A DNA stretch of 64,000 nucleotides from an uncultured Candidatus Saccharibacteria bacterium. GTDB lineage: Bacteria; Patescibacteriota; Minisyncoccia; Phycocordibacterales; UBA918. Below are positions 29,111 to 38,870 of this stretch, piece after piece. The translations under genes were made by a program, and so were the position numbers. The DNA lies in assembly GCA_964350735.1 (NCBI GenBank), contig CAYGKO010000004.1, positions 83,583 through 147,582 on the forward strand. Direction: 5' to 3'. The notes under the pieces are model-generated. The model saw nothing but the letters and a program-made list of their open reading frames with translations, was not told the DNA's origin and did no database searches. Position 1 is the stretch's first letter. Each line of letters starts with the position of its first letter.

Positions 29111-29671
29111 CTATGGTTTACGAAAAGCTAATCCATAATGATGGTCGCCAGCATCGTAGGAACGTTCATACACAAAGCCAGCAGATTCCGCTAGAGCTTT
29201 CGTTGCGGATTCATCAAACACGTGACCTGGCTGTGGACCAAGTCCATTAAACGATTCACTCCAGTCAACCACAAACAGCTTGCCCCCTGATCTCAGCGTG
29301 CGGCTGATCTCTTGTAAAGCTATTGCTTTGTCATCCATTTGAAACAGTGTATTGATAAGGATTGCAGCGTCGAGCACTTCTGATTCTAATTTAGAACCCT
29401 GCAGGACTTCCAAATCGCACCATAACGTATCGATATTATTCAGCTGTTCTTTTCGAGCGATTTCCCCTAACTTCTCCACCAAACTCTTTTGGATTTCGCA
29501 GGCATAAATACGACCAGAACTCTCCACTGCTGCAGCCAAAGCTTTAAGGAAATAGCCACTGCCAGCTCCGAAATCAGCCACGATATCACCCGGGCGCAAG
29601 TGGAAATGCCCAACCACTTTGTCAGGTTCTACGAAGCGACCGGTCATGGGTGGGGTTTGATTCATTATCAA
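29111..29671 (-). CDS. Class I SAM-dependent methyltransferase
   Basis: VADFGAGSG motif I; LRSGGKLFVVDW. Confidence 0.88.
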   Translation of the reverse strand: MIMNQTPPMTGRFVEPDKVVGHFHLRPGDIVADFGAGSGYFLKALAAAVESSGRIYACEIQKSLVEKLGEIARKEQLNNIDTLWCDLEVLQGSKLESEVLDAAILINTLFQMDDKAIALQEISRTLRSGGKLFVVDWSESFNGLGPQPGHVFDESATKALAESAGFVYERSYDAGDHHYGLAFRKP

Positions 29672-29710
29672 TAAGTATACCGCACGAATATTTGTAAAAT
29701 AATCATGATG

Positions 29711-30064
29711 TTAGTTATTAGTTGTTGGCACGTCAGGCACCCGCTGCAATCGTACTTCTTCACGCACGTTGATACCGGCTTCACCGTCACCATCTAAATC
29801 TGAATTGGTGACCAAACCTGAGTACGCAGAACCAAGCCAGATGAATCCCATAACGATTCCGTAAATAGCCAAACCTAATAGGAACAAAAGGAATGACCAG
29901 AGAAGCTGCTCACGGCCTTCTTCTCGTTTAGGCTCTTCACCGGGACCAATCACGAAGTAATTGATGCAACCATACAAAAACATAATCAAACCGATCGCAA
30001 AAATAAACGGGATTAGATAGACCGTGAAAAACGTAAAGACATACCCAAGAATAGTCGATATCAT
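29711..30064 (-). CDS. TrbC/VirB2-type pilin
   Basis: MFLYGCINYFV..EPKREEGREQLLWS; C-terminus PDVPTTNN resembles PNVPTSN of 26578-26943. Confidence 0.75.
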   Translation of the reverse strand: MISTILGYVFTFFTVYLIPFIFAIGLIMFLYGCINYFVIGPGEEPKREEGREQLLWSFLLFLLGLAIYGIVMGFIWLGSAYSGLVTNSDLDGDGEAGINVREEVRLQRVPDVPTTNN

Positions 30065-30102
30065 TCCGTATAGTGTAGCATTTTGATTTGGGTGCGCTGC
30101 GG

Positions 30103-30152
30103 AGAAAAGAGGAAAACGGCCGCAAGCAAAGCTTGCGGCCGTTTTCCTCTTT
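30103..30152. terminator. Long perfect inverted-repeat terminator downstream of gyrA
   Basis: aaaagaggaaaacggccgcaagc-aaa-gcttgcggccgttttcctctttt. Confidence 0.85.
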
Positions 30153-30162
30153 TACGCCACTC

Positions 30163-32640
30163 TTAGGTCATCACCACGATCGTCGCGATCGAGTCACCAG
30201 CCCGCATCTTCATCACCTTCACTCCTTGTGTATCACGTCCTAATGTCGGAACATCCTTGAGAGGCAACTTGATCACTTGTCCTTTTTTACTCATTACTAC
30301 CAACTCGCCTTCGGCTTTTTCTTCTTGCGAAAGCACTGCTCCACCGACTAGTTTTCCAGTTTTGCTGGTCACCTTTGCTGTCTTAATACCACTACCACCT
30401 CGATTTTGCACTTTGTATTCCTTGGCTGGTGTGGTTTTTCCAAATCCGTTTTCCATGACTACCAATATCTCTCTATCAGTATTACCAGCAGCCAATACTT
30501 CAGCCGAAACTAGGTAGTCGTCTTTTTTCAGCTTCATCGCTCCGACTCCAGCCGCTGTACGGCCCATTTGTCGTACATCGCTCGCTTTGAATCGAATTGC
30601 CTGTCCTTCATGAGAGATGATAGACACCTCATCTTTTGGACCAATGAACTGGGCTGCAATGAGTGCATCATCATCCTTAAGCGTAATAGCAATCAGTCCA
30701 CTTCGGCGCACATCTTTGAAGGAGGCTGCATCAGATTTTTTAGCGACGCCATTTTTCGTGACCATCATCAAGCTCCAGTCACCTGTCCACTCATCTTTTC
30801 GCACCGGCAATACTGATGTGACTTTTTCATCACCGTTAACTGACAAGAAGTTAGCAATTGACTTTCCTTTAGTAGCCCGTCTTCCTTCGGGGATTTCGTA
30901 CATTTTGCACTGATAGACTTTTCCTTTATCGGTAAAGAAAAGAAGATCACTGTGTGATGAGGTAGTCAAAAGCATTGTCACCACATCTTCTTCTTTAGTA
31001 TTTAAGTCAACTACACCAACACCACCCCGCTTCTGCACCTTATACTCAGCTGGATTGGTTCGTTTGACGTACCCACCCTGAGTCAGCACCAACACAGACT
31101 CTTCGTCTGCAATCAAGTCTTCAGCTGACATGTTTTTGACGCCGCCCTTTACAATCTTCGTGCGGCGTTCATCACCAAACTTCTCAGCAATCTCTTCGAG
31201 ATCTTGCTTCACGATTGCCATCATCTTCTTCTTGCTTTTAAGGATCGCGTCAAGCTCTTTGATCAGCTTCTGGATCTCTTTTAGCTCATCCTCAATTTTC
31301 TTGCGCTCGAGGCCAGCCAACTTCTGTAGTCGCATGTCAAGAATCGCTTGCGCCTGAACCTCTGAAAACTTAAATTCCTTCATCAACTTAGCGTGCGCTT
31401 CAGGCACATCTTTGGCAGCTCGAATGATCTTGATGATCTTGTCGATGTGGTCAAGAGCCTTCTTTAGCCCAAGCAAGATATGTTCGCGGTCTTGAGCCTT
31501 ATTAAGGTCGTACTGCGTTCGACGTCGAATAACTTCTGCTCGGTGCTTAACGAACTCCTGCAGAATTGTTTTCAATGACACTGTCTGAGGTACGCCATCC
31601 ACAAGCGCCACCATATTGTAGTGGAACTTATCTTCGAGCTGCGTGTGCTTGTAGAGCTTATTTAAAACTGTCTGCGGGTTAGCACCGCTCTTAAGGTCGA
31701 TCACTACTCGGATATCGCTGGTTGACTCATCACGCATTTCTTTGATACCTTCCACCTTTTTGTCTCGTACCAAATTCGCAATCTTCTCCTGCATATCTGC
31801 TTTGTTCACACGGAACGGGATCGATGTAATGACGATTGAGAAGTTTCCTTTTTTGTCTTCAACTATTTCAGCTTCGCCGCGCACTACCACACCACCGCGT
31901 CCATTGGCGTACGCGTGAGCGATATCTTTTTTATTAAAAGCCACTCCTCCCATCGGGAAGTCTGGACCTTGTACAAACTTAAGCAGATCATCAGTGGAGG
32001 CACTTGGATTATCGATCAAGTGTCCTACTGCCGCTGAAATTTCTCGCAGGTTGTGTGGTGGGATATTGGTCGCCATTCCCACGGCAATTCCAAGGGTTCC
32101 CATGAGGAGTAGGTTTGGCACAGCAGCTGGCAGTACCACCGGCTCTTTCTTGGTACCGTCGAAGTTTGGTCGCCAGTCGACAGTATCTTTTTCAAGGTCA
32201 CGCAGCATCTCTTCTGCCACCTTAGACATCTTCGCCTCAGTATATCGATACGCCGCTGCTGAGTCACCGTCGATTGAACCAAAGTTTCCTTGCCCGATTA
32301 CGAGTGGGTAACGAGTCGAGAATGTTTGAGCCAGCTTTACCATTGATTCGTACACTGCAACGTCACCATGCGGGTGAAAGCTACCCAAAACGTCTCCCAC
32401 TACCGTCGCAGACTTTTTAAACTTCGCGGTTGAGGTCAGACCATTAAGGCGCATCGAATACAAAATACGACGATGTACCGGCTTCAGCCCGTCGCGAATA
32501 TCAGGCAGGGCTCGACTGGTGATTACACTCATCGCGTAGTCGAGATAGGCAGTTTGCATCTCGTCAGTAATATTCTGTGGAATGATTCCACGAGCCTGTT
32601 CTGGGATTGGTGCGTCAGCTTTAGTGGTCTTTTTCGGCAT
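30163..32640 (-). CDS. gyrA: DNA gyrase subunit A
   Basis: [24 protein letters not shown], GyrA box QKRGGVG. Confidence 0.97.
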   Translation of the reverse strand: MPKKTTKADAPIPEQARGIIPQNITDEMQTAYLDYAMSVITSRALPDIRDGLKPVHRRILYSMRLNGLTSTAKFKKSATVVGDVLGSFHPHGDVAVYESMVKLAQTFSTRYPLVIGQGNFGSIDGDSAAAYRYTEAKMSKVAEEMLRDLEKDTVDWRPNFDGTKKEPVVLPAAVPNLLLMGTLGIAVGMATNIPPHNLREISAAVGHLIDNPSASTDDLLKFVQGPDFPMGGVAFNKKDIAHAYANGRGGVVVRGEAEIVEDKKGNFSIVITSIPFRVNKADMQEKIANLVRDKKVEGIKEMRDESTSDIRVVIDLKSGANPQTVLNKLYKHTQLEDKFHYNMVALVDGVPQTVSLKTILQEFVKHRAEVIRRRTQYDLNKAQDREHILLGLKKALDHIDKIIKIIRAAKDVPEAHAKLMKEFKFSEVQAQAILDMRLQKLAGLERKKIEDELKEIQKLIKELDAILKSKKKMMAIVKQDLEEIAEKFGDERRTKIVKGGVKNMSAEDLIADEESVLVLTQGGYVKRTNPAEYKVQKRGGVGVVDLNTKEEDVVTMLLTTSSHSDLLFFTDKGKVYQCKMYEIPEGRRATKGKSIANFLSVNGDEKVTSVLPVRKDEWTGDWSLMMVTKNGVAKKSDAASFKDVRRSGLIAITLKDDDALIAAQFIGPKDEVSIISHEGQAIRFKASDVRQMGRTAAGVGAMKLKKDDYLVSAEVLAAGNTDREILVVMENGFGKTTPAKEYKVQNRGGSGIKTAKVTSKTGKLVGGAVLSQEEKAEGELVVMSKKGQVIKLPLKDVPTLGRDTQGVKVMKMRAGDSIATIVVMT

Positions 32641-32692
32641 AAGTAATCAGAATAAAACTATAAAATATGGCAATATCATACCACGATCACCC

Positions 32693-33118
32693 CTACTCGG
32701 ACTCTAGCGAATTGGCTGAAGTTGTGGCAATAAGAATTCGCTTTGGAGCGGGTGCTGGTGCAAGAACTTCTTCTACGCTAGTTGATGCCGCCACTCCGGC
32801 CGTGAACGTAGGGGCCGTAGGTGTTGAAGTTGTCGAAGCAATATCTGCCTCAGGTGCAGAGTCTTGGGCGGTAGAACTACCTTGGAACGCACTCAGTATA
32901 TTTGCCACTCCATCACCAATTTCAGCAAAAAATTCAGATGTCAGGCCGGTCTGTTCTTCTGCGTCAGCGATTGTCTCTGGTGCTCGAGAAGATAGTACAC
33001 TCGGCAGCGCCACCGCCCACAACAAAGCAATCACGGTCGTGACAATGACAGCTCCTGCAAAGGCGTACTGATTTTTGACAGATTTAGGCTGCTGACGCAA
33101 CGCTTCGAGCTTACTCAT
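32693..33118 (-). CDS. Hypothetical single-TM protein with low-complexity tail
   Basis: One TM helix; Ser/Thr/Ala-rich C-terminus; TATACT 9 nt upstream of ATG. Confidence 0.65.
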   Translation of the reverse strand: MSKLEALRQQPKSVKNQYAFAGAVIVTTVIALLWAVALPSVLSSRAPETIADAEEQTGLTSEFFAEIGDGVANILSAFQGSSTAQDSAPEADIASTTSTPTAPTFTAGVAASTSVEEVLAPAPAPKRILIATTSANSLESE

Positions 33119-33171
33119 ATAAATATAGTATATCACCAGAAACTAGTACCAAAATAGTTAGGACGTACGCC

Positions 33172-33391
33172 CTACGATCTCTTTCTACGAAAGCGGTACA
33201 CCTTGTCGATATTTCTTCCAGAAATATCTGGCAAGGTCTTGCGATCGCAGCACGGTGCTTACGCACCTAGCACTACGATCTTTTCTTACAGAAACTGTCC
33301 ACTCATTGGATCTTTTGCTCCTGGCGTCACAAAAGCTCTCAATGAGTCTTGCGATCGCAGCACGGTGCTTACGCACCTAACACTACGATCT
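33172..33391 (-). repeat. Tandem structured repeat: 46-bp direct repeats with variable hairpin inserts
   Basis: gtcttgcgatcgcagcacggtgcttacgcaccta(g/a)cactacgatct at 33236-33281 and 33346-33391; partial third copy ctacgatct at 33172. Confidence 0.9.
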
Positions 33392-33989
33392 CACCTTGTT
33401 TTTCAGCTAAATCTTTCTTCTTAAGTGTGAGTTTATCGATCGCTTTAGTACCCTCTGCACTTTCCTCTTTCAAAAATGCTTTTAGAGCCGTCGCATCGTA
33501 ATGCATTGGGATCACTACTCTGGCTTCGAGCTTCACGCCCAACTTTGAAGCTTGTGGTACTTCGAGCACATCGCCGCCGCCAATTGGTACAAACAAGATA
33601 TCAATATCTCCAAACTCTCCCAGAATCTTCGGGTCAATATCAGTATCACCCAGTGCGCCCAAGAAAATAATATTCATCCCTTCGAGCTGCACTTGGTAGA
33701 TAGTGTTAAAGCGCTCTACGTTATCGTATGTCGTAGCTACCGCCCACCCACGTGCAGTTACGTCACCAACTTCGTACTCCCCAGGAGTATCAACAATAAA
33801 GGGTTGCTTGTTGCCGTGCGCTACTTGATCAACACCATTAAAGTTCGGATGTTGCAATGAGACAAAGGCCACATCGGAACCAAATTTAGCTGGAGGTAGT
33901 TTTGATTTCTTAGAAATAGGGTCAAAGGCCAGGGTTGTATCGCCAAACGATACCTTGAAGCACTGGCCGCCGTGGTGTGTGATTATCAT
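33369..33989 (-). CDS. MBL-fold metallo-hydrolase-like protein (Lactamase_B_3 type)
   Basis: ITHHGGQCFK, PGEYEV, DIDILFVPIGG, VIPMHY. Confidence 0.8.
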   Translation of the reverse strand: MIITHHGGQCFKVSFGDTTLAFDPISKKSKLPPAKFGSDVAFVSLQHPNFNGVDQVAHGNKQPFIVDTPGEYEVGDVTARGWAVATTYDNVERFNTIYQVQLEGMNIIFLGALGDTDIDPKILGEFGDIDILFVPIGGGDVLEVPQASKLGVKLEARVVIPMHYDATALKAFLKEESAEGTKAIDKLTLKKKDLAEKQGEIVVLGA

Positions 33990-34108
33990 AGTGCGCACAT
34001 CATACCAAGAACCGCGCGCAAAATGAAACTGGCGTTCCCTTTGCCGATGGTCCGGTCATTACAAAACTTTTTATATGTACTATTTGTTTTACATATCAGG
34101 AGGAGCTC

Positions 34109-34225
34109 ATGAAAACTATTCAAAACATCTTGTGGTTCATTCGACTGCTGGTCGATTCCAAAAATATGGGCTTCAGCCAGGAAGTCGGTGTTGATACCAC
34201 CTACCGCAGCTGGGGTGACGCGTGA
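34109..34225 (+). CDS. Small 38-aa protein (not in the ORF track)
   Basis: AGGAGG RBS; MKTIQNILWFIRLLVDSKNMGFSQEVGVDTTYRSWGDA; stop codon inside gggtgacgcg/cgcgtcaccc hairpin followed by a T run. Confidence 0.6.
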   Translation: MKTIQNILWFIRLLVDSKNMGFSQEVGVDTTYRSWGDA

Positions 34226-34436
34226 GCGCGTCACCCTCTTTTTTTACAGCTAAACCCTTTACCTTTTCCCACATTCTGGTATATTTGCCTCACTTCGTAA
34301 GAAGATTATCAGTTCCTAGCGGCACACGATAAAACCTGGACTCATGAACACGGCCGGTTAGAAGATCTCTCTGAGATTTCCTCACTTCGCGCAACGGTTG
34401 TCCAGAAGCGTGTCGTCGGAATAAAAATAAATAAAT

Positions 34437-35576
34437 ATGTCAGAACTAGAAATGACGGTCACTGACCGAGTTTCAACGCCAGTGGATCTAACTGATCCAA
34501 CCCAGCTCGATACAGCTATGTACAAACTGGCAAACCAAAGCCCTAACCCACCAGAGTTAGGCGACATCGTAGAAGGAACCGTATCAGCGATCGGACGAGC
34601 GCGTGTACTTATCGAGCTCAACCCATTTGGTGCTGGTCTTATTTATGGACGTGAGTTCATGAACGCCCGTGATATCTTGCGTAAGGTATCAGTTGGTGAC
34701 ACCATCGCTGCCAAAGTAGTAGATGCTGGCAACGAAGACGGTTACATCGAACTATCCCTCAAGGAAGCTCGTCAGGCTCTTATTTGGAGCGACGCTGAAG
34801 CAGCGCAACGAGAACAAAAAGTTCTTAGTCTTGAAGTTAAAGAAGCCAACAAGGGTGGACTTATCCTTGACTGGCAAGGTATCCACGGCTTCCTACCCGC
34901 TTCACAGCTGTCAGCTGACAACTACCCACGCGTCGACAACGGTGACAAAGAGAAGATCTTCTCTGCGCTGCAAGAGCTGGTTGGTAAATTCCTTTCAGTC
35001 GTAATCATCACCGCTGACCAAAAAGAAGGCAAACTAATCTTCTCTGAAAAGGGACCACAAGAAAAAGTTGAGAAAGAAGAAAAAGTATCTCGCTACGAAG
35101 TTGGCGACACACTTAAGGGAGAAGTAACTGGTGCTGTAGACTTCGGTGTCTTCGTAAAGATCGAAGACGGTCTGGAAGGACTCGTACACATCTCTGAACT
35201 CGACTGGGGTCTGGTGGAAGACACGCGAACTCTCTACAAGGTTGGTGACAAGGTTGATGTGAAGGTGATCGAAGTCAAAGACGACAAGATCTCACTCTCA
35301 ATCAAGCAACTGAAGGCAAACCCTTGGCAAGTAGCCGCTGACAAGTACAAGAAGGACCAGACTGTAGAAGGGGTGGTCATCAAGTACAACAAGCACGGCG
35401 CCCTCGCTTCAATCGAAGAAGGAGTAGCTGGACTCGTCCACATCTCAGAATTCGAAACTGAACAAGGACTCAAAGATGCTCTGTCACTCGGCAGTGTCTA
35501 CAAGTTCAAGATCACTTTGTTTGAACCAAAGGATCAGCGGATGACACTACAATTCAAAGAAGTCGACCAAGCGTAA
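34437..35576 (+). CDS. rpsA: 30S ribosomal protein S1 (short form)
   Basis: Repeated S1 domains: GFLPASQL, DFGVFV..GLEGLVHISEL, GLVHISE. Confidence 0.93.
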   Translation: MSELEMTVTDRVSTPVDLTDPTQLDTAMYKLANQSPNPPELGDIVEGTVSAIGRARVLIELNPFGAGLIYGREFMNARDILRKVSVGDTIAAKVVDAGNEDGYIELSLKEARQALIWSDAEAAQREQKVLSLEVKEANKGGLILDWQGIHGFLPASQLSADNYPRVDNGDKEKIFSALQELVGKFLSVVIITADQKEGKLIFSEKGPQEKVEKEEKVSRYEVGDTLKGEVTGAVDFGVFVKIEDGLEGLVHISELDWGLVEDTRTLYKVGDKVDVKVIEVKDDKISLSIKQLKANPWQVAADKYKKDQTVEGVVIKYNKHGALASIEEGVAGLVHISEFETEQGLKDALSLGSVYKFKITLFEPKDQRMTLQFKEVDQA

Positions 35577-35596
35577 TCAGATCATTTCGATTTAGC

Positions 35597-35632
35597 GTAC
35601 AAAAAACTGGCCACTGGCCAGTTTTTTGTGCG
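35597..35632. terminator. Terminator after rpsA
   Basis: aaaaaactggcc-act-ggccagtttttt. Confidence 0.8.
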
Positions 35633-35687
35633 TATGATTGCCGACAAACCATAAATATGATTTGATAGCTGTAAAGGAGGACGTTCC

Positions 35688-35948
35688 ATGTCAGAAATAG
35701 ACGACGCAATTACAGAGCTGAAGCAAACACTCAATGATGCGGTTAGATTCATCGGTTGGCGGATGTTTTACATTATGCTTGGGGGACTCGGAATTGCATG
35801 CAATATTCCCCTCAAATATGGTGCGGGATACCTTCCGCCGCTGGAAGAACAAATCTATAGAACAGCCGTGCCTCTCGGCTGTCTGATCACTCTCTGGCAG
35901 ATCTATCGATGCTGGAACTGGTATTGGTCGATACAATCGGAGAATTAG
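35688..35948 (+). CDS. Small hypothetical membrane protein
   Basis: AAGGAGG RBS, two hydrophobic segments, terminator about 35967-36004. Confidence 0.65.
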   Translation: MSEIDDAITELKQTLNDAVRFIGWRMFYIMLGGLGIACNIPLKYGAGYLPPLEEQIYRTAVPLGCLITLWQIYRCWNWYWSIQSEN

Positions 35949-36015
35949 CGAATACAACGGCGCACACCCGTCCGGAACCACCTTGGTTTCGGCCGGGTTT
36001 TTTAGTATCTCTCAT

Positions 36016-36693
36016 TTAATTAAACCGATTCATTGCCTGCTCTACTCCATCAGTAATGATAGTGGCAATGATCTGGGGGATTTGCTCTTTCACCGCTTCG
36101 AGATGCTTCTGTTCACTACTGCCAAACTTCCCCAATACATAATTCGGCAGCTTCGCTCCGGCAGGCCGCTTGGTCTTCCCGGTCCAAAAGCTTTTCGGCG
36201 ATATCCCGACTCTGATCCGTACAAACTCCTTAGTACCAAGTGACTGCACGATCGACTTAATGCCATTGTGTCCCCCATCACCCCGACCAAACGACACCTT
36301 CACTTCTCCTACCGCTAAATCAACTTCGTCATATACCACAATCAACTGCGCACTCTCAGTTTTTGGCACCAGCTTCGCCACCGCACTACCCGACTTATTC
36401 ATAAACGTATCCGGATACAGCAGAGTGACATCTATGCCACTCAATACTCCTTCTGAGATCCTTCCCGCGTATTTGGCAGACTGGATCAAATCCGGCAGCC
36501 CGCACTGCTCCCGCAACGCGTCCAGCATAATCCAGCCAACATTGTGTCGGGTATCTGCGTATTTCTCTCCCGGATTACCAAGTCCAACAATATAAAAGGG
36601 TTCCCTTTTGCTATCTGCGCTCACTCGGTCATGCTCAAACTCGCTATTCACTACGTTTTGATCACGACTCTCATTCGTTTGATAGTAAAACAT
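36016..36693 (-). CDS. pth: Peptidyl-tRNA hydrolase
   Basis: IVGLGNPGEKY..TRHNVG, TFMNKSG, GGHNGIKS, RIRVGI. Confidence 0.95.
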   Translation of the reverse strand: MFYYQTNESRDQNVVNSEFEHDRVSADSKREPFYIVGLGNPGEKYADTRHNVGWIMLDALREQCGLPDLIQSAKYAGRISEGVLSGIDVTLLYPDTFMNKSGSAVAKLVPKTESAQLIVVYDEVDLAVGEVKVSFGRGDGGHNGIKSIVQSLGTKEFVRIRVGISPKSFWTGKTKRPAGAKLPNYVLGKFGSSEQKHLEAVKEQIPQIIATIITDGVEQAMNRFN

Positions 36694-36846
36694 ACGAACA
36701 GTATATCTCGGACACCTCGTCTGCCAAAGCTAGTGAGAGAGCAGCTAGATTTGAGAGAATTTGGCTGAGCACGTCATGTGGTGATTTAAGAGACTAAGAC
36801 TTGGGCAAGCGGCCCGGAGCGGTCTTTCTAATTAAGGCAGGACAGA

Positions 36847-36935
36847 GTCGTACGGTGGCTGCTGGTATGAGGCGATCCGCAGCGAAATATTCAAAGCGAG
36901 GACTTCTCGTCTCATACCAGCAGCCACTGTACGAC
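36847..36935 (+). repeat. About 29-bp stem inverted repeat between divergent pth and lepB
   Basis: gtcgtacggtggctgctggtatgaggcga / tcgtctcataccagcagccactgtacgac. Confidence 0.85.
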
Positions 36936-36996
36936 CACAAAACACAAAATTTGTGGCGAAGGTTGTTTTCATTTATACTAGTGTCACTACGCGGTT

Positions 36997-37641
36997 ATGA
37001 ATATGTTCAAATCTAGTTCTAAGGAAGAAAAAGACACTATTCTTGATGCCGCAGAACTAACTCCCGAAGAACATCCGCTCACCGAGATCATCCGCTTCTC
37101 CATCATCGCACTTATCATCGTGATCCCGATCCGCATGTTTGTCGCCCAACCATTTATCGTCTCTGGCTCATCAATGGAAAATACTTTTCAGAGCGGCCAG
37201 TACCTGATCGTCGACCAAATCACCTACAAATTTGAAGAGCCAAAGCGGGGCGACGTCATTATCTTCCGCTATCCACGAGATATTTCTAAATTCTTCATCA
37301 AGCGCGTGATTGGACTCCCGGGCGATACCATCAGCATTGATGGCAACGTGGTCACCCTGAGCAATGAAACCCACCCTAACGGCATCGTGATTGATGAGCC
37401 ATATATTGCCTCTATGCAGCCCAACACCCGCCTCACCGAAGACCTGAGCGAAGGTGAATACTTTGTTATGGGCGACAACCGCGACGCCAGCTCTGACTCA
37501 CGAATGTGGGGAATCCTTCATGAAGACAAGATTGTCGGTCGCGCCCTGCTTCGACTGTTTCCGCTCACTGAGATTGGAACGTTCCCAGGAGGATACGACA
37601 CTGATGCCGTATTATCAGCCGAAGTTAGTAGTTTAGAATAA
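36997..37641 (+). CDS. lepB: Signal peptidase I
   Basis: VSGSSMENT (Ser), FIKRVIGLPGD (Lys), YFVMGDNRDASSDSR. Confidence 0.96.
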   Translation: MNMFKSSSKEEKDTILDAAELTPEEHPLTEIIRFSIIALIIVIPIRMFVAQPFIVSGSSMENTFQSGQYLIVDQITYKFEEPKRGDVIIFRYPRDISKFFIKRVIGLPGDTISIDGNVVTLSNETHPNGIVIDEPYIASMQPNTRLTEDLSEGEYFVMGDNRDASSDSRMWGILHEDKIVGRALLRLFPLTEIGTFPGGYDTDAVLSAEVSSLE

Positions 37642-37646
37642 TAGTT

Positions 37647-38822
37647 ATGGATATTTCAGCCACAGATTTTTTGCGAACCGCCGCTAATACCGCCGAGCAC
37701 TTTGGCTTCAAGCACGTCGACAGCTTAAAGAAGCATCCACTTTGTAAGGGCTGTAAGGAAAAAGTCAGCCACACCGCGAGCGCACAAGATCGCAAGCAAG
37801 ATGCGCTACACGGCCTCCTGACTGCTGGACTCGGAGCATATACTGACAACAAACTCCACGCGTTGGAAGAGCCGGTTCTTTTCTACAATGTCGAGCAAGT
37901 TCCCCGCTCTGGTGACGCCGCTATCTCCTTTCAAATTTATGGCGTCGAAAAGAGTATCGCAGAAGCCATCCTCATCCAAACCGCACGCTCGCTCACGCAA
38001 GACCTGGGCTACAACAACCACACCGTACGCATCAACTCACTCGGTGACCGCGACTCGGCTACTCGCTACACTCGTGAACTAACCAACTACCTCAAGAAGC
38101 GTCTGGACGATATGCCGATTGCCGCGCGTGAACTAATGAAAGATCACGTCATCGACGCCCTCATGCACCTGATTGAGAAGAAGCATGAACTGGCGTACAA
38201 GAGCCCGAACCCAATGGAGTACCTCAGCGACCCCAGCCGCAAGCACTTCCGTGAGATTGTCGAGTATCTTGATATGAGTGAAACACCGTATGAAATCGAT
38301 CCTAAACTTATCGGCCACCACCAATGCTACTCTGATGCTCTCTTTGCCATCGATATGCTCGATGAGAATGACCAAGTCATGGAAGATGCTCCCCTCTACG
38401 TCCGGGGCGGACGATACAGCACCTTCTCCCACAAACACACCAAGCAAGAGATCCCAGCTGCTGGTGCGGTGGTGGTACTAAAGGAAAAGAAAGCTCCCGC
38501 TCGTACTCCGAAAAGCACCCGCAACGCCAATCCATCAGTGTACGTCGTACAACTCGGCTTTGGTCCAAAGATCAAAAGTCTCATGCTGGTTGATGAATTA
38601 CGACAAGCTGGCATTCCCGTCCATCAAAACCTGGCCAGTGACTCCCTGAGTACCCAGCTACGCGATGCTGAGGCACGCGGTGTGAAATACACCGTTATCA
38701 TCGGCCAAAAAGAATACGTCGATGGTACCGCTATCCTACGCGACATGGTCGGTCGTAACCAAGAACACGTTGATATGAAAGTCCTCACCAATAAACTAAA
38801 ACGAGTTGGAGCGATTGTATAG
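37647..38822 (+). CDS. Histidyl-tRNA synthetase-like protein with degenerate catalytic motifs
   Basis: INSLGD, GGRY and C-terminal anticodon-binding domain (YTVIIGQKE); motif 2 RxERP and motif 3 G.ER not recognisable. Confidence 0.7.
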   Translation: MDISATDFLRTAANTAEHFGFKHVDSLKKHPLCKGCKEKVSHTASAQDRKQDALHGLLTAGLGAYTDNKLHALEEPVLFYNVEQVPRSGDAAISFQIYGVEKSIAEAILIQTARSLTQDLGYNNHTVRINSLGDRDSATRYTRELTNYLKKRLDDMPIAARELMKDHVIDALMHLIEKKHELAYKSPNPMEYLSDPSRKHFREIVEYLDMSETPYEIDPKLIGHHQCYSDALFAIDMLDENDQVMEDAPLYVRGGRYSTFSHKHTKQEIPAAGAVVVLKEKKAPARTPKSTRNANPSVYVVQLGFGPKIKSLMLVDELRQAGIPVHQNLASDSLSTQLRDAEARGVKYTVIIGQKEYVDGTAILRDMVGRNQEHVDMKVLTNKLKRVGAIV

Positions 38823-38870
38823 CAAAAACCTTGCTATTTACTGCCGCAGATGATATATTCTTGCGCACAT

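Noticed and set aside
26206-30064. Type IV (PilA-like) pilins
   Set aside because: No G/FxxxE prepilin peptidase motif; the two-TM hairpin with a charged loop fits TrbC/VirB2-type pilins
33236-33391. CRISPR array
   Set aside because: Only two full 46-bp repeats, a 64-bp self-folding spacer, a repeat overlapping a CDS end, and no cas genes in the window
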